Program-made: the position numbers and the translations under genes
Shown: piece after piece, positions 11,285-26,900 of the stretch
How positions within the stretch are numbered: position 1 is the stretch's first letter
Layout of the letters: each line of letters opens with the position of its first letter
NCBI GenBank assembly: GCA_964057225.1
Contig: OZ059900.1
Coordinates: 17,050,001-17,114,000, forward strand
Source: Auanema rhodensis
Lineage: Eukaryota > Animalia > Nematoda
Direction of reading: 5' to 3'
DNA length: 64,000 bases
Notes under the pieces: generated by a model
What the model saw: the letters and a program-made list of their open reading frames with translations, nothing else
Told to the model about the DNA's origin: nothing
The model's database searches: none

Positions 11285-13336
11285 ATTTTTGTTCATATGA
11301 GTCGTCAAATGCAACGAATTTCAGCGTGTTACATACTAAAATGAAGCATTTTACATGCTGAACACTAGAAAAATACAAAAACACAGTATTTCCCATGAGA
11401 AATATTTTATTATGCTGGAAAACCAGTTTTTGGAAATTTCGCTGTAAACAAGGTTTTGACTTACGATTTCATGTGTTCAAACTCATGCAATGTCAATGAA
11501 ACCTAGCTCAAAATTGTTCGTACAACGTCTAGTTCCACTTTCACGACAAAAAAACAGGGGTTAGAAAATTAAGGAAATTAGCATATTCTGAGAGCACGCC
11601 CTTTATGGCTAATATTGATTAAATCGATTTTTGTTCATATGAGTCGTCAAATGCAACGAATTTCAGCGTGTTACATACTAAAATGAAGCATTTTACATGC
11701 TGAACGCTAGAAAAATACAAAAACACAGTATTACCCATGAGAAATATTTTATTATGCTGGAAAACCAGTTTTTGGAAATTTCGCTGTAAACAAGGTTTTG
11801 ACTTACGATTTCATGTGTTCAAACTCATGCAATGTCAATGAAACCTAGCTCAAAATTGTTCCTACAACGTCTAGTTCCACTTTCACGACAAAAAAACAGG
11901 GGTTAGAAAATTAAGGAAATTAGCATATTCTGAGGGCACGCCCCTTATGGCTAATATTGATTAAATCGATTTTTGTTCATATGAGTCGTCAAATGCAACG
12001 AATTTCAGCGTGTTACATACTAAAATGAAGCATTTTGTATGCTGAACACTAGAAAAATACAAAAACATAGTATTTCCCATGAGAAATATTTTATTATGCT
12101 GGAAAACCAGTTTTTGGAAATTTCGCTGTAAACAAGGTTTTGACTTACGATTTCATGTGTTCAAACTCATGCAATGTCAATGAAACCTAGCTCAAAATTG
12201 TTCGTACAACGTCTAGTTCCACTTTCACGACAAAAAAACAGGGGTTAGAAAATTAAGGAAATTAGCATATTCTGAGGGCACGCCCCTTATGGCTAATATT
12301 GATTAAATCGATTTTTGTTCATATGAGTCGTCAAATGCAACGAATTTCAGCGTGTTACATACTAAAATTAAGCATTTTACATGCTGAACACTAGAAAAAT
12401 ACAAAAACACAGTAATACCCATGAGAAATATTTTATTATGCTGGAAAACCAGTTTTTGGAAATTTCGCTGTAAACAAGGTTTTGACTTACGATTTCATGT
12501 GTTCAAACTCATGCAATGTCAATGAAACCTAGCTCAAAATTGTTCGTACAACGTCTAGTTCCACTTTCACGACAAAAAAACAGGGGTTAGAAAATTAAGG
12601 AAATTAGCATATTCTGAGGGCACGCCCCTCATGGCTAATATTGATTAAATCGATTTTTGTTCATATGAGTCGTCAAATGCAACGAATTTCAGCGTGTTAC
12701 ATACTAAAATGAAGCATTTTACATGCTGAACACTAGAAAAATACAAAAACACAGTATTTCCCATGAGAAATATTTTATTATGCTGGAAAACCAGTTTTTG
12801 GAAATTTCGCTGTAAACAAGGTTTTGACTTACGATTTCATGTGTTCAAACTCATGCAATGTCAATGAAACCTAGCTCAAAATTGTTCGTACAACGTCTAG
12901 TTCCACTTTCACGACAAAAAAACAGGGGTTAGAAAATTAAGGAAATTAGCATATTCTGAGAGCACGCCCTTTATGGCTAATATTGATTAAATCGATTTTT
13001 GTTCATATGAGTCGTCAAATGCAACGAATTTCAGCGTGTTACATACTAAAATGAAGCATTTTACATGCTGAACGCTAGAAAAATACAAAAACACAGTATT
13101 ACCCATGAGAAATATTTTATTATGCTGGAAAACCAGTTTTTGGAAATTTCGCTGTAAACAAGGTTTTGACTTACGATTTCATGTGTTCAAACTCATGCAA
13201 TGTCAATGAAACCTAGCTCAAAATTGTTCGTACAACGTCTAGTTCCACTTTCACGACAAAAAAAAAGGGGTTAGAAAATTAAGGAAATTAGCATATTCTG
13301 AGGGCACGCCCCTTATGGCTAATATTGATTAAATCG

Positions 13337-16300
13337 ATTTTTGTTCATATGAGTCGTCAAATGCAACGAATTTCAGCGTGTTACATACTAAAATGAATCA
13401 TTTTACATGCTGAACACTAGAAAAATACAAAAACACAGTATTTCCCATGAGAAATATTTTATTATGCTGGAAAACCAGTTTTTGGAAATTTCGCTGTAAA
13501 CAAGGTTTTGACTTACGATTTCATGTGTTCAAACTCATGCAATGTCAATGAAACCTAGCTCAAAATTGTTCGTACAACGTCTAGTTCCACTTTCACGACA
13601 AAAAAACAGGGGTTAGAAAATTAAGGAAATTAGCATATTCTGAGAGCACGCCCTTTATGGCTAATATTGATTAAATCGATTTTTGTTCATATGAGTCGTC
13701 AAATGCAACGAATTTCAGCGTGTTACATACTAAAATGAAGCATTTTACATGCTGAACGCTAGAAAAATACAAAAACACAGTATTACCCATGAGAAATATT
13801 TTATTATGCTGGAAAACCAGTTTTTGGAAATTTCGCTGTAAACAAGGTTTTGACTTACGATTTCATGTGTTCAAACTCATGCAATGTCAATGAAACCTAG
13901 CTCAAAATTGTTCCTACAACGTCTAGTTCCACTTTCACGACAAAAAAACAGGGGTTAGAAAATTAAGGAAATTAGCATATTCTGAGAGCACGCCCCTTAT
14001 GGCTAATATTGATTAAATCGATTTTTGTTCATATGAGTCGTCAAATGCAACGAATTTCAGCGTGTTACATACTAAAATGAAGCATTTTGTATGCTGAACA
14101 CTAGAAAAATACAAAAACATAGTATTTCCCATGAGAAATATTTTATTATGCTGGAAAACCAGTTTTTGGAAATTTCGCTGTAAACAAGGTTTTGACTTAC
14201 GATTTCATGTGTTCAAACTCATGCAATGTCAATGAAACCTAGCTCAAAATTGTTCGTACAACGTCTAGTTCCACTTTCACGACAAAAAAACAGGGGTTAG
14301 AAAATTAAGGAAATTAGCATATTCTGAGGGCACGCCCCTTATGGCTAATATTGATTAAATCGATTTTTGTTCATATGAGTCGTCAAATGCAACGAATTTC
14401 AGCGTGTTACATACTAAAATAAAGCATTTTACATGCTGAACACTAGAAAAATACAAAAACACAGTATTTCCCATGAGAAATATTTTATTATGCTGGAAAA
14501 CCAGTTTTTGGAAATTTCGCTGTAAACAAGGTTTTGACTTACGATTTCATGTGTTCAAACTCATGCAATGTCAATGAAACCTAGCTCAAAATTGTTCGTA
14601 CAACGTCTAGTTCCACTTTCACGACAAAAAAACAGGGGTTAGAAAATTAAGGAAATTAGCATATTCTGAGGGCACGCCCTTTATGGCTAATATTGATTAA
14701 ATCGATTTTTGTTCATATGAGTCGTCAAATGCAACGAATTTCAGCGTGTTACATACTAAAATGAAGCATTTTACATGCTGAACGCTAGAAAAATACAAAA
14801 ACACAGTATTTCCCATGAGAAATATTTTATTATGCTGGAAAACCAGTTTTTGGAAATTTCGCTGTAAACAAGGTTTTGACTTACGATTTCATGTGTTCAA
14901 ACTCATGCAATGTCAATGAAACCTAGCTCAAAATTGTTCCTACAACGTCTAGTTCCACTTTCACGACAAAAAAACAGGGGTTAGAAAATTAAGGAAATTA
15001 GCATATTCTGAGGGCACGCCCCTTATGGCTAATATTGATTAAATCGATTTTTGTTCATATGAGTCGTCAAATGCAACGAATTTCAGCGTGTTACATACTA
15101 AAATGAAGCATTTTACATGCTGAACACTAGAAAAATACAAAAACACAGTATTTCCCATGAGAAATATTTTATTATGCTGGAAAACCAGTTTTTGGAAATT
15201 TCGCTGTAAACAAGGTTTTGACTTACGATTTCATGTGTTCAAACTCATGCAATGTCAATGAAACCTAGCTCAAAATTGTTTGTACAACGTCTAGTTCCAC
15301 TTTCACGACAAAAAAACAGGGGTTAGAAAATTAAGGAAATTAGCATATTCTGAGGGCACGCCCCTTATGGCTAATATTGATTAAATCGATTTTTGTTCAT
15401 ATGAGTCGTCAAATGCAACGAATTTCAGCGTGTCACATACTAAAATGAAGCATTTTACATGCTGAACGCTAGAAAAATACAAAAACACAGTATTTCCCAT
15501 GAGAAATATTTTATTATGCTGGAAAACCAGTTTTTGGAAATTTCGCTGTAAACAAGGTTTTGACTTACGATTTCATGTGTTCAAACTCATGCAATGTCAA
15601 TGAAACCTAGCTCAAAATTGTTCGTACAACGTCTAGTTCCACTTTCACGACAAAAAAACAGGGGTTAGAAAATTAAGGAATTTAGCATATTCTGAGAGCA
15701 CGCCCTTTATGGCTAATATTGATTAAATCGATTTTTGTTCATATGAGTCGTCAAATGCAACGAATTTCAGCATGTTACATACTAAAATGAAGCATTTTAC
15801 ATGCTGAACGCTAGAAAAATACAAAAACACAGTATTACCCATGAGAAATATTTTATTATGCTGGAAAACCAGTTTTTGGAAATTTCGCTGTAAACAAGGT
15901 TTTGACTTACGATTTCATGTGTTCAAACTCATGCAATGTCAATGAAACCTAGCTCAAAATTGTTCCTACAACGTCTAGTTCCACTTTCACGACAAAAAAA
16001 CAGGGGTTAGAAAATTAAGGAAATTAGCATATTCTGAGGGCACGCCCTTTATGGCTAATATTGATTAAATCGATTTTTGTTCATATGAGTCGTCAAATGC
16101 AACGAATTTCAGCGTGTTACATACTAAAATGAAGCATTTTACATGCTGAACGCTAGAAAAATACAAAAACACAGTATTTCCCATGAGAAATATTTTATTA
16201 TGCTGGAAAACCAGTTTTTGGAAATTTCGCTGTAAACAAGGTTTTGACTTACGATTTCATGTGTTCAAACTCATGCAATGTCAATGAAACCTAGCTCAAA

Positions 16301-19300
16301 ATTGTTCCTACAACGTCTAGTTCCACTTTCACGACAAAAAAACAGGGGTTAGAAAATTAAGGAAATTAGCATATTCTGAGGGCACGCCCCTTATGGCTAA
16401 TATTGATTAAATCGATTTTTGTTCATATGAGTCGTCAAATGCAACGAATTTCAGCGTGTTACATACTAAAATGAAGCATTTTACATGCTGAACACTAGAA
16501 AAATACAAAAACACAGTATTTCCCATGAGAAATATTTTATTATGCTGGAAAACCAGTTTTTGGAAATTTCGCTGTAAACAAGGTTTTGACTTACGATTTC
16601 ATGTGTTCAAACTCATGCAATGTCAATGAAACCTAGCTCAAAATTGTTCGTACAACGTCTAGTTCCACTTTCACGACAAAAAAACAGGGGTTAGAAAATT
16701 AAGGAAATTAGCATATTCTGAGAGCACGCCCTTTATGGCTAATATTGATTAAATCGATTTTTGTTCATATGAGTCGTCAAATGCAACGAATTTCAGCGTG
16801 TTACATACTAAAATGAAGCATTTTACATGCTGAACACTAGAAAAATACAAAAACATAGTATTTCCCATGAGAAATATTTTATTATGCTGGAAAACCAGTT
16901 TTTGGAAATTTCGCTGTAAACAAGGTTTTGACTTACGATTTCATGTGTTCAAACTCATGCAATGTCAATGAAACCTAGCTCAAAATTGTTCGTACAACGT
17001 CTAGTTCCACTTTCACGACAAAAAAACAGGGGTTAGAAAATTAAGGAAATTAGCATATTCTGAGGGCACGCCCCTTATGGCTAATATTGATTAAATCGAT
17101 TTTTGTTCATATGAGTCGTCAAATGCAACGAATTTCAGCGTGTTACATACTAAAATGAAGCATTTTACATGCTGAACACTAGAAAAATACAAAAACACAG
17201 TATTTCCCATGAGAAATATTTTATTATGCTGGAAAACCAGTTTTTGGAAATTTCGCTGTAAACAAGGTTTTGACTTACGATTTCATGTGTTCAAACTCAT
17301 GCAATGTCAATGAAACCTAGCTCAAAATTGTTCGTACAACGTCTAGTTCCACTTTCACGACAAAAAAACAGGGGTTAGAAAATTAAGGAAATTAGCATAT
17401 TCTGAGAGCACGCCCTTTATGGCTAATATTGATTAAATCGATTTTTGTTCATATGAGTCGTCAAATGCAACGAATTTCAGCGTGTTACATACTAAAATGA
17501 AGCATTTTACATGCTGAACGCTAGAAAAATACAAAAACACAGTATTACCCATGAGAAATATTTTATTATGCTGGAAAACCAGTTTTTGGAAATTTCGCTG
17601 TAAACAAGGTTTTGACTTACGATTTCATGTGTTCAAACTCATGCAATGTCAATGAAACCTAGCTCAAAATTGTTCCTACAACGTCTAGTTCCACTTTCAC
17701 GACAAAAAAACAGGGGTTAGAAAATTAAGGAAATTAGCATATTCTGAGGGCACGCCCCTTATGGCTAATATTGATTAAATCGATTTTTGTTCATATGAGT
17801 CGTCAAATGCAACGAATTTCAGCGTGTTACATACTAAAATGAAGCATTTTGTATGCTGAACACTAGAAAAATACAAAAACATAGTATTTCCCATGAGAAA
17901 TATTTTATTATGCTGGAAAACCAGTTTTTGGAAATTTCGCTGTAAACAAGGTTTTGACTTACGATTTCATGTGTTCAAACTCATGCAATGTCAATGAAAC
18001 CTAGCTCAAAATTGTTCGTACAACGTCTAGTTCCACTTTCACGACAAAAAAACAGGGGTTAGAAAATTAAGGAAATTAGCATATTCTGAGGGCACGCCCC
18101 TTATGGCTAATATTGATTAAATCGATTTTTGTTCATATGAGTCGTCAAATGCAACGAATTTCAGCGTGTTACATACTAAAATAAAGCATTTTACATGCTG
18201 AACACTAGAAAAATACAAAAACACAGTATTTCCCATGAGAAATATTTTATTATGCTGGAAAACCAGTTTTTGGAAATTTCGCTGTAAACAAGGTTTTGAC
18301 TTACGATTTCATGTGTTCAAACTCATGCAATGTCAATGAAACCTAGCTCAAAATTGTTCGTACAACGTCTAGTTCCACTTTCACGACAAAAAAACAGGGG
18401 TTAGAAAATTAAGGAAATTAGCATATTCTGAGGGCACGCCCTTTATGGCTAATATTGATTAAATCGATTTTTGTTCATATGAGTCGTCAAATGCAACGAA
18501 TTTCAGCGTGTTACATACTAAAATGAAGCATTTTACATGCTGAACGCTAGAAAAATACAAAAACACAGTATTACCCATGAGAAATATTTTATTATGCTGG
18601 AAAACCAGTTTTTGGAAATTTCGCTGTAAACAAGGTTTTGACTTACGATTTCATGTGTTCAAACTCATGCAATGTCAATGAAACCTAGCTCAAAATTGTT
18701 CCTACAACGTCTAGTTCCACTTTCACGACAAAAAAACAGGGGTTAGAAAATTAAGGAAATTAGCATATTCTGAGGGCACGCCCCTTATGGCTAATATTGA
18801 TTAAATCGATTTTTGTTCATATGAGTCGTCAAATGCAACGAATTTCAGCGTGTTACATACTAAAATGAAGCATTTTACATGCTGAACACTAGAAAAATAC
18901 AAAAACACAGTATTTCCCATGAGAAATATTTTATTATGCTGGAAAACCAGTTTTTGGAAATTTCGCTGTAAACAAGGTTTTGACTTACGATTTCATGTGT
19001 TCAAACTCATGCAATGTCAATGAAACCTAGCTCAAAATTGTTCGTACAACGTCTAGTTCCACTTTCACGACAAAAAAACAGGGGTTAGAAAATTAAGGAA
19101 ATTAGCATATTCTGAGGGCACGCCCCTTATGGCTAATATTGATTAAATCGATTTTTGTTCATATGAGTCGTCAAATGCAACGAATTTCAGCGTGTCACAT
19201 ACTAAAATGAAGCATTTTACATGCTGAACGCTAGAAAAATACAAAAACACAGTATTTCCCATGAGAAATATTTTATTATGCTGGAAAACCAGTTTTTGGA

Positions 19301-20176
19301 AATTTCGCTGTAAACAAGGTTTTGACTTACGATTTCATGTGTTCAAACTCATGCAATGTCAATGAAACCTAGCTCAAAATTGTTCGTACAACGTCTAGTT
19401 CCACTTTCACGACAAAAAAACAGGGGTTAGAAAATTAAGGAATTTAGCATATTCTGAGAGCACGCCCTTTATGGCTAATATTGATTAAATCGATTTTTGT
19501 TCATATGAGTCGTCAAATGCAACGAATTTCAGCATGTTACATACTAAAATGAAGCATTTTACATGCTGAACGCTAGAAAAATACAAAAACACAGTATTAC
19601 CCATGAGAAATATTTTATTATGCTGGAAAACCAGTTTTTGGAAATTTCGCTGTAAACAAGGTTTTGACTTACGATTTCATGTGTTCAAACTCATGCAATG
19701 TCAATGAAACCTAGCTCAAAATTGTTCCTACAACGTCTAGTTCCACTTTCACGACAAAAAAACAGGGGTTAGAAAATTAAGGAAATTAGCATATTCTGAG
19801 GGCACGCCCTTTATGGCTAATATTGATTAAATCGATTTTTGTTCATATGAGTCGTCAAATGCAACGAATTTCAGCGTGTTACATACTAAAATGAAGCATT
19901 TTACATGCTGAACGCTAGAAAAATACAAAAACACAGTATTTCCCATGAGAAATATTTTATTATGCTGGAAAACCAGTTTTTGGAAATTTCGCTGTAAACA
20001 AGGTTTTGACTTACGATTTCATGTGTTCAAACTCATGCAATGTCAATGAAACCTAGCTCAAAATTGTTCCTACAACGTCTAGTTCCACTTTCACGACAAA
20101 AAAACAGGGGTTAGAAAATTAAGGAAATTAGCATATTCTGAGGGCACGCCCCTTATGGCTAATATTGATTAAATCG
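13337..20176. repeat. Higher-order duplication with 11-monomer period (3762 bp): M40-48 similar to M51-59
   Basis: Shared ordered markers: AC>GT+CATAG (M42/M53), G59A (M43/M54), GTCAC+GGAATTTAG+G309A (M46/M57) and CAGCATG (M47/M58). A few private differences separate the copies. Confidence 0.85.
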
Positions 20177-23100
20177 ATTTTTGTTCATATGAGTCGTCAA
20201 ATGCAACGAATTTCAGCGTGTTACATACTAAAATGAAGCATTTTACATGCTGAACACTAGAAAAATACAAAAACACAGTATTTCCCATGAGAAATATTTT
20301 ATTATGCTGGAAAACCAGTTTTTGGAAATTTCGCTGTAAACAAGGTTTTGACTTACGATTTCATGTGTTCAAACTCATGCAATGTCAATGAAACCTAGCT
20401 CAAAATTGTTCGTACAACGTCTAGTTCCACTTTCACGACAAAAAAACAGGGGTTAGAAAATTAAGGAAATTAGCATATTCTGAGGGCACGCCCCTTATGG
20501 CTAATATTGATTAAATCGATTTTTGTTCATATGAGTCGTCAAATGCAACGAATTTCAGCGTGTCACATACTAAAATGAAGCATTTTACATGCTGAACGCT
20601 AGAAAAATACAAAAACACAGTATTTCCCATGAGAAATATTTTATTATGCTGGAAAACCAGTTTTTGGAAATTTCGCTGTAAACAAGGTTTTGACTTACGA
20701 TTTCATGTGTTCAAACTCATGCAATGTCAATGAAACCTAGCTCAAAATTGTTCCTACAACGTCTAGTTCCACTTTCACGACAAAAAAACAGGGGTTAGAA
20801 AATTAAGGAAATTAGCATATTCTGAGAGCACGCCCTTTATGGCTAATATTGATTAAATCGATTTTTGTTCATATGAGTCGTCAAATGCAACGAATTTCAG
20901 CGTGTTACATACTAAAATGAAGCATTTTACATGCTGAACACTAGAAAAATACAAAAACATAGTATTTCCCATGAGAAATATTTTATTATGCTGGAAAACC
21001 AGTTTTTGGAAATTTCGCTGTAAACAAGGTTTTGACTTACGATTTCATGTGTTCAAACTCATGCAATGTCAATGAAACCTAGCTCAAAATTGTTCCTACA
21101 ACGTCTAGTTCCACTTTCACGACAAAAAAACAGGGGTTAGAAAATTAAGGAAATTAGCATATTCTGAGGGCACGCCCTTTATGGCTAATATTGATTAAAT
21201 CGATTTTTGTTCATATGAGTCGTCAAATGCAACGAATTTCAGCGTGTTACATACTAAAATGAAGCATTTCACATGCTGAACACTAGAAAAATACAAAAAC
21301 ACAGTATTTCCCATGAGAAATATTTTATTATGCTGGAAAACCAGTTTTTGGAAATTTCGCTGTAAACAAGGTTTTGACTTACGATTTCATGTGTTCAAAC
21401 TCATGCAATGTCAATGAACACCTAGCTCAAAATTGTTCGTACAACGTCTGGTTCCACTTTCACGACAAAAAAACAGGGGTTAGAAAATTAAGGAAATTAG
21501 CATATTCTGAGGGCACGCCCCTTATGGCTAATATTGATTAAATCGATTTTTGTTCATATGAGTCGTCAAATGCAACGAATTTCAGCGTGTTACATACTAA
21601 AATGAAGCATTTTACATGCTGAACACTAGAAAAATACAAAAACACAGTATTTCCCATGAGAAATATTTTATTATGCTGGAAAACCAGTTTTTGGAAATTT
21701 CGCTGTAAACAAGGTTTTGACTTACGATTTCATGTGTTCAAACTCATGCAATGTCAATGAAACCTAGCTCAAAATTGTTCGTACAACGTCTAGTTCCACT
21801 TTCACGACAAAAAAACAGGGGTTAGAAAATTAAGGAAATTAGCATATTCTGAGGGCACGCCCCCTTATGGCTAATATTGATTAAATCGATTTTTGTTCAT
21901 ATGAGTCGTCAAATGCAACGAATTTCAGCGTGTTACATACTAAAATGAAGCATTTTACATGCTGAACACTAGAAAAATACAAAAACACAGTAATACCCAT
22001 GAGAAATATTTTATTATGCTGGAAAACCAGTTTTTGGAAATTTCGCTGTAAACAAGGTTTTGACTTACGATTTCATGTGTTCAAACTCATGCAATGTCAA
22101 TGAAACCTAGCTCAAAATTGTTAATACAATGTCTAGTTCCACTTTCACGACAAAAAAACAGGGGTTAGAAAATTAAGGAAATTAGCATATTCTGAGGGCA
22201 CGCCCTTTATGGCTAATATTGATTAAATCGATTTTTGTTCATATGAGTCGTCAAATGCAACGAATTTCAGCGTGTTACATACTAAAATGAAGCATTTTAC
22301 ATGCTGAACACTAGAAAAATACAAAAACACAGTATTTCCCATGAGAAATATTTTATTATGCTGGAAAACCAGTTTTTGGAAATTTCGCTGTAAACAAGGT
22401 TTTGACTTACGATTTCATGTGTTCAAACTCATGCAATGTCAATGAAACCTAGCTCAAAATTGTTCGTACAACGTCTAGTTCCACTTTCACGACTAAAAAA
22501 CAGGGGTTAGAAAATTAAGGAAATTAGCATATTCTGAGGGCACGCCCCTTATGGCTAATATTGATTAAATCGATTTTTGTTCATATGAGTCGTCAAATGC
22601 AACGAATTTCAGCGTGTTACATACTAAAATGAAGCATTTTACATGCTGAACACTAGAAAAATACAAAAACACAGTATTTCCCATGAGAAATATTTTATTA
22701 TGCTGGAAAACCAGTTTTTGGAAATTTCGCTGTAAACAAGGTTTTGACTTACGATTTCATGTGTTCAAACTCATGCAATGTCAATGAAACCCAGCTCAAA
22801 ATTGTTCGTACAACGTCTAGTTCCACTTTCACGACAAAAAAACAGGGGTTAGAAAATTAAGGAAATTAGCATATTCTGAGGGCACGCCCCTTATGGCTAA
22901 TATTGATTAAATCGATTTTTGTTCATATGAGTCGTCAAATGCAACGAATTTCAGCGTGTTACATACTAAAATGAAGCATTTTACATGCTGAACACTAGAA
23001 AAATACAAAAACACAGTATTTCCCATGAGAAATATTTTATTATGCTGGAAAACCAGTTTTTGGAAATTTCGCTGTAAACAAGGTTTTGACTTACGATTTC

Positions 23101-23940
23101 ATGTGTTCAAACTCATGCAATGTCAATGAAACCTAGCTCAAAATTGTTAATACAATGTCTAGTTCCACTTTCACGACAAAAAAACAGGGGTTAGAAAATT
23201 AAGGAAATTAGCATATTCTGAGGGCACGCCCTTTATGGCTAATATTGATTAAATCGATTTTTGTTCATATGAGTCGTCAAATGCAACGAATTTCAGCGTG
23301 TTACATACTAAAATGAAGCATTTTACATGCTGAACACTAGAAAAATACAAAAACACAGTATTTCCCATGAGAAATATTTTATTATGCTGGAAAACCAGTT
23401 TTTGGAAATTTCGCTGTAAACAAGGTTTTGACTTACGATTTCATGTGTTCAAACTCATGCAATGTCAATGAAACCTAGCTCAAAATTGTTCGTACAACGT
23501 CTAGTTCCACTTTCACGACTAAAAAACAGGGGTTAGAAAATTAAGGAAATTAGCATATTCTGAGGGCACGCCCCTTATGGCTAATATTGATTAAATCGAT
23601 TTTTGTTCATATGAGTCGTCAAATGCAACGAATTTCAGCGTGTTACATACTAAAATGAAGCATTTTACATGCTGAACACTAGAAAAATACAAAAACACAG
23701 TATTTCCCATGAGAAATATTTTATTATGCTGGAAAACCAGTTTTTGGAAATTTCGCTGTAAACAAGGTTTTGACTTACGATTTCATGTGTTCAAACTCAT
23801 GCAATGTCAATGAAACCTAGCTCAAAATTGTTCGTACAACGTCTAGTTCCACTTTCACGACAAAAAAACAGGGGTTAGAAAATTAAGGAAATTAGCATAT
23901 TCTGAGGGCACGCCCCTTATGGCTAATATTGATTAAATCG

Positions 23941-26900
23941 ATTTTTGTTCATATGAGTCGTCAAATGCAACGAATTTCAGCGTGTTACTTACTAAAATGA
24001 AGCATTTTACATGCTGAACACTAGAAAAATACAAAAACACAGTATTTCCCATGAGAAATATTTTATTATGCTGGAAAACCAGTTTTTGGAAATTTCGCTG
24101 TAAACAAGGTTTTGACTTACGATTTCATGTGTTCAAACTCATGCAATGTCAATGAAACCCAGCTCAAAATTGTTCGTACAACGTCTAGTTCCACTTTCAC
24201 GACAAAAAAACAGGGGTTAGAAAATTAAGGAAATTAGCATATTCTGAGGGCACGCCCCTTATGGCTAATATTGATTAAATCGATTTTTGTTCATATGAGT
24301 CGTCAAATGCAACGAATTTCAGCGTGTTACATACTAAAATGAAGCATTTTACATGCTGAACACTAGAAAAATACAAAAACACAGTATTTCCCATGAGAAA
24401 TATTTTATTATGCTGGAAAACCAGTTTTTGGAAATTTCGCTGTAAACAAGGTTTTGACTTACGATTTCATGTGTTCAAACTCATGCAATGTCAATGAAAC
24501 CTAGCTCAAAATTGTTCGTACAACGTCTAGTTCCACTTTCACGACAAAAAAACAGGGGTTAGAAAATTAAGGAAATTAGCATATTCTGAGGGCACGCCCC
24601 TTATGGCTAATATTGATTAAATCGATTTTTGTTTATATGAGTCGTCAAATGCAACGAATTTCAGCGTGTTACATACTAAAATGAAGCATTTTACACGCTG
24701 AACACTAGAAAAATACAAAAACACAGTATTTCCCATGAGAAATATTTTATTATGCTGGAAAACCAGTTTTTGGAAATTTCGCTGTAAACAAGGTTTTGAC
24801 TTACGATTTCATGTGTTCAAACTCATGCAATGTCAATGAAACCTAGCTCAAAATTGTTCGTACAACGTCTAGTTCCACTTTCACGACAAAAAAACAGGGG
24901 TTAGAAAATTAAGGAAATTAGCATATTCTGAGGGCACGCCCCTTATGGCTAATATTGATTAAATCGATTTTTGTTCATATGAGTCGTCAAATGCAACGAA
25001 TTTCAGCGTGTTACATACTAAAATGAAGCATTTTACATGCTGAACACTAGAAAAATACAAAAACACAGTATTTCCCATGAGAAATATTTTATTATGCTGG
25101 AAAACCAGTTTTTGGAAATTTCGCTGTAAACAAGGTTTTGACTTACGATTTCATGTGTTCAAACTCATGCAATGTCAATGAAACCCAGCTCAAAATTGTT
25201 CGTACAACGTCTAGTTCCACTTTCACGACAAAAAAACAGGGGTTAGAAAATTAAGGAAATTAGCATATTCTGAGGGCACGCCCCTTATGGCTAATATTGA
25301 TTAAATCGATTTTTGTTCATATGAGTCGTCAAATGCAACGAATTTCAGCGTGTTACATACTAAAATGAAGCATTTTACATGCTGAACACTAGAAAAATAC
25401 AAAAACACAGTATTTCCCATGAGAAATATTTTATTATGCTGGAAAACCAGTTTTTGGAAATTTCGCTGTAAACAAGGTTTTGACTTACGATTTCATGTGT
25501 TCAAACTCATGCAATGTCAATGAAACCTAGCTCAAAATTGTTCGTACAACGTCTAGTTCCACTTTCACGACAAAAAAACAGGGGTTAGAAAATTAAGGAA
25601 ATTAGCATATTCTGAGGGCACGCCCCTTATGGCTAATATTGATTAAATCGATTTTTGTTTATATGAGTCGTCAAATGCAACGAATTTCAGCGTGTTACAT
25701 ACTAAAATGAAGCATTTTACACGCTGAACACTAGAAAAATACAAAAACACAGTATTTCCCATGAGAAATATTTTATTATGCTGGAAAACCAGTTTTTGGA
25801 AATTTCGCTGTAAACAAGGTTTTGACTTACGATTTCATGTGTTCAAACTCATGCAATGTCAATGAAACCTAGCTCAAAATTGTTCGTACAACGTCTAGTT
25901 CCACTTTCACGACAAAAAAACAGGGGTTAGAAAATTAAGGAAATTAGCATATTCTGAGGGCACGCCCCTTATGGCTAATATTGATTAAATCGATTTTTGT
26001 TCATATGAGTCGTCAAATGCAACGAATTTCAGCGTGTTACATACTAAAATGAAGCATTTTACATGCTGAACACTAGAAAAATACAAAAACACAGTATTTC
26101 CCATGAGAAATATTTTATTATGCTGGAAAACCAGTTTTTGGAAATTTCGCTGTAAACAAGGTTTTGACTTACGATTTCATGTGTTCAAACTCATGCAATG
26201 TCAATGAAACCCAGCTCAAAATTGTTCGTACAACGTCTAGTTCCACTTTCACGACAAAAAAACAGGGGTTAGAAAATTAAGGAAATTAGCATATTCTGAG
26301 GGCACGCCCCTTATGGCTAATATTGATTAAATCGATTTTTGTTCATATGAGTCGTCAAATGCAACGAATTTCAGCGTGTTACATACTAAAATGAAGCATT
26401 TTACATGCTGAACACTAGAAAAATACAAAAACACAGTATTTCCCATGAGAAATATTTTATTATGCTGGAAAACCAGTTTTTGGAAATTTCGCTGTAAACA
26501 AGGTTTTGACTTACGATTTCATGTGTTCAAACTCATGCAATGTCAATGAAACCTAGCTCAAAATTGTTCGTACAACGTCTAGTTCCACTTTCACGACAAA
26601 AAAACAGGGGTTAGAAAATTAAGGAAATTAGCATATTCTGAGGGCACGCCCCTTATGGCTAATATTGATTAAATCGATTTTTGTTTATATGAGTCGTCAA
26701 ATGCAACGAATTTCAGCGTGTTACATACTAAAATGAAGCATTTTACACGCTGAACACTAGAAAAATACAAAAACACAGTATTTCCCATGAGAAATATTTT
26801 ATTATGCTGGAAAACCAGTTTTTGGAAATTTCGCTGTAAACAAGGTTTTGACTTACGATTTCATGTGTTCAAACTCATGCAATGTCAATGAAACCTAGCT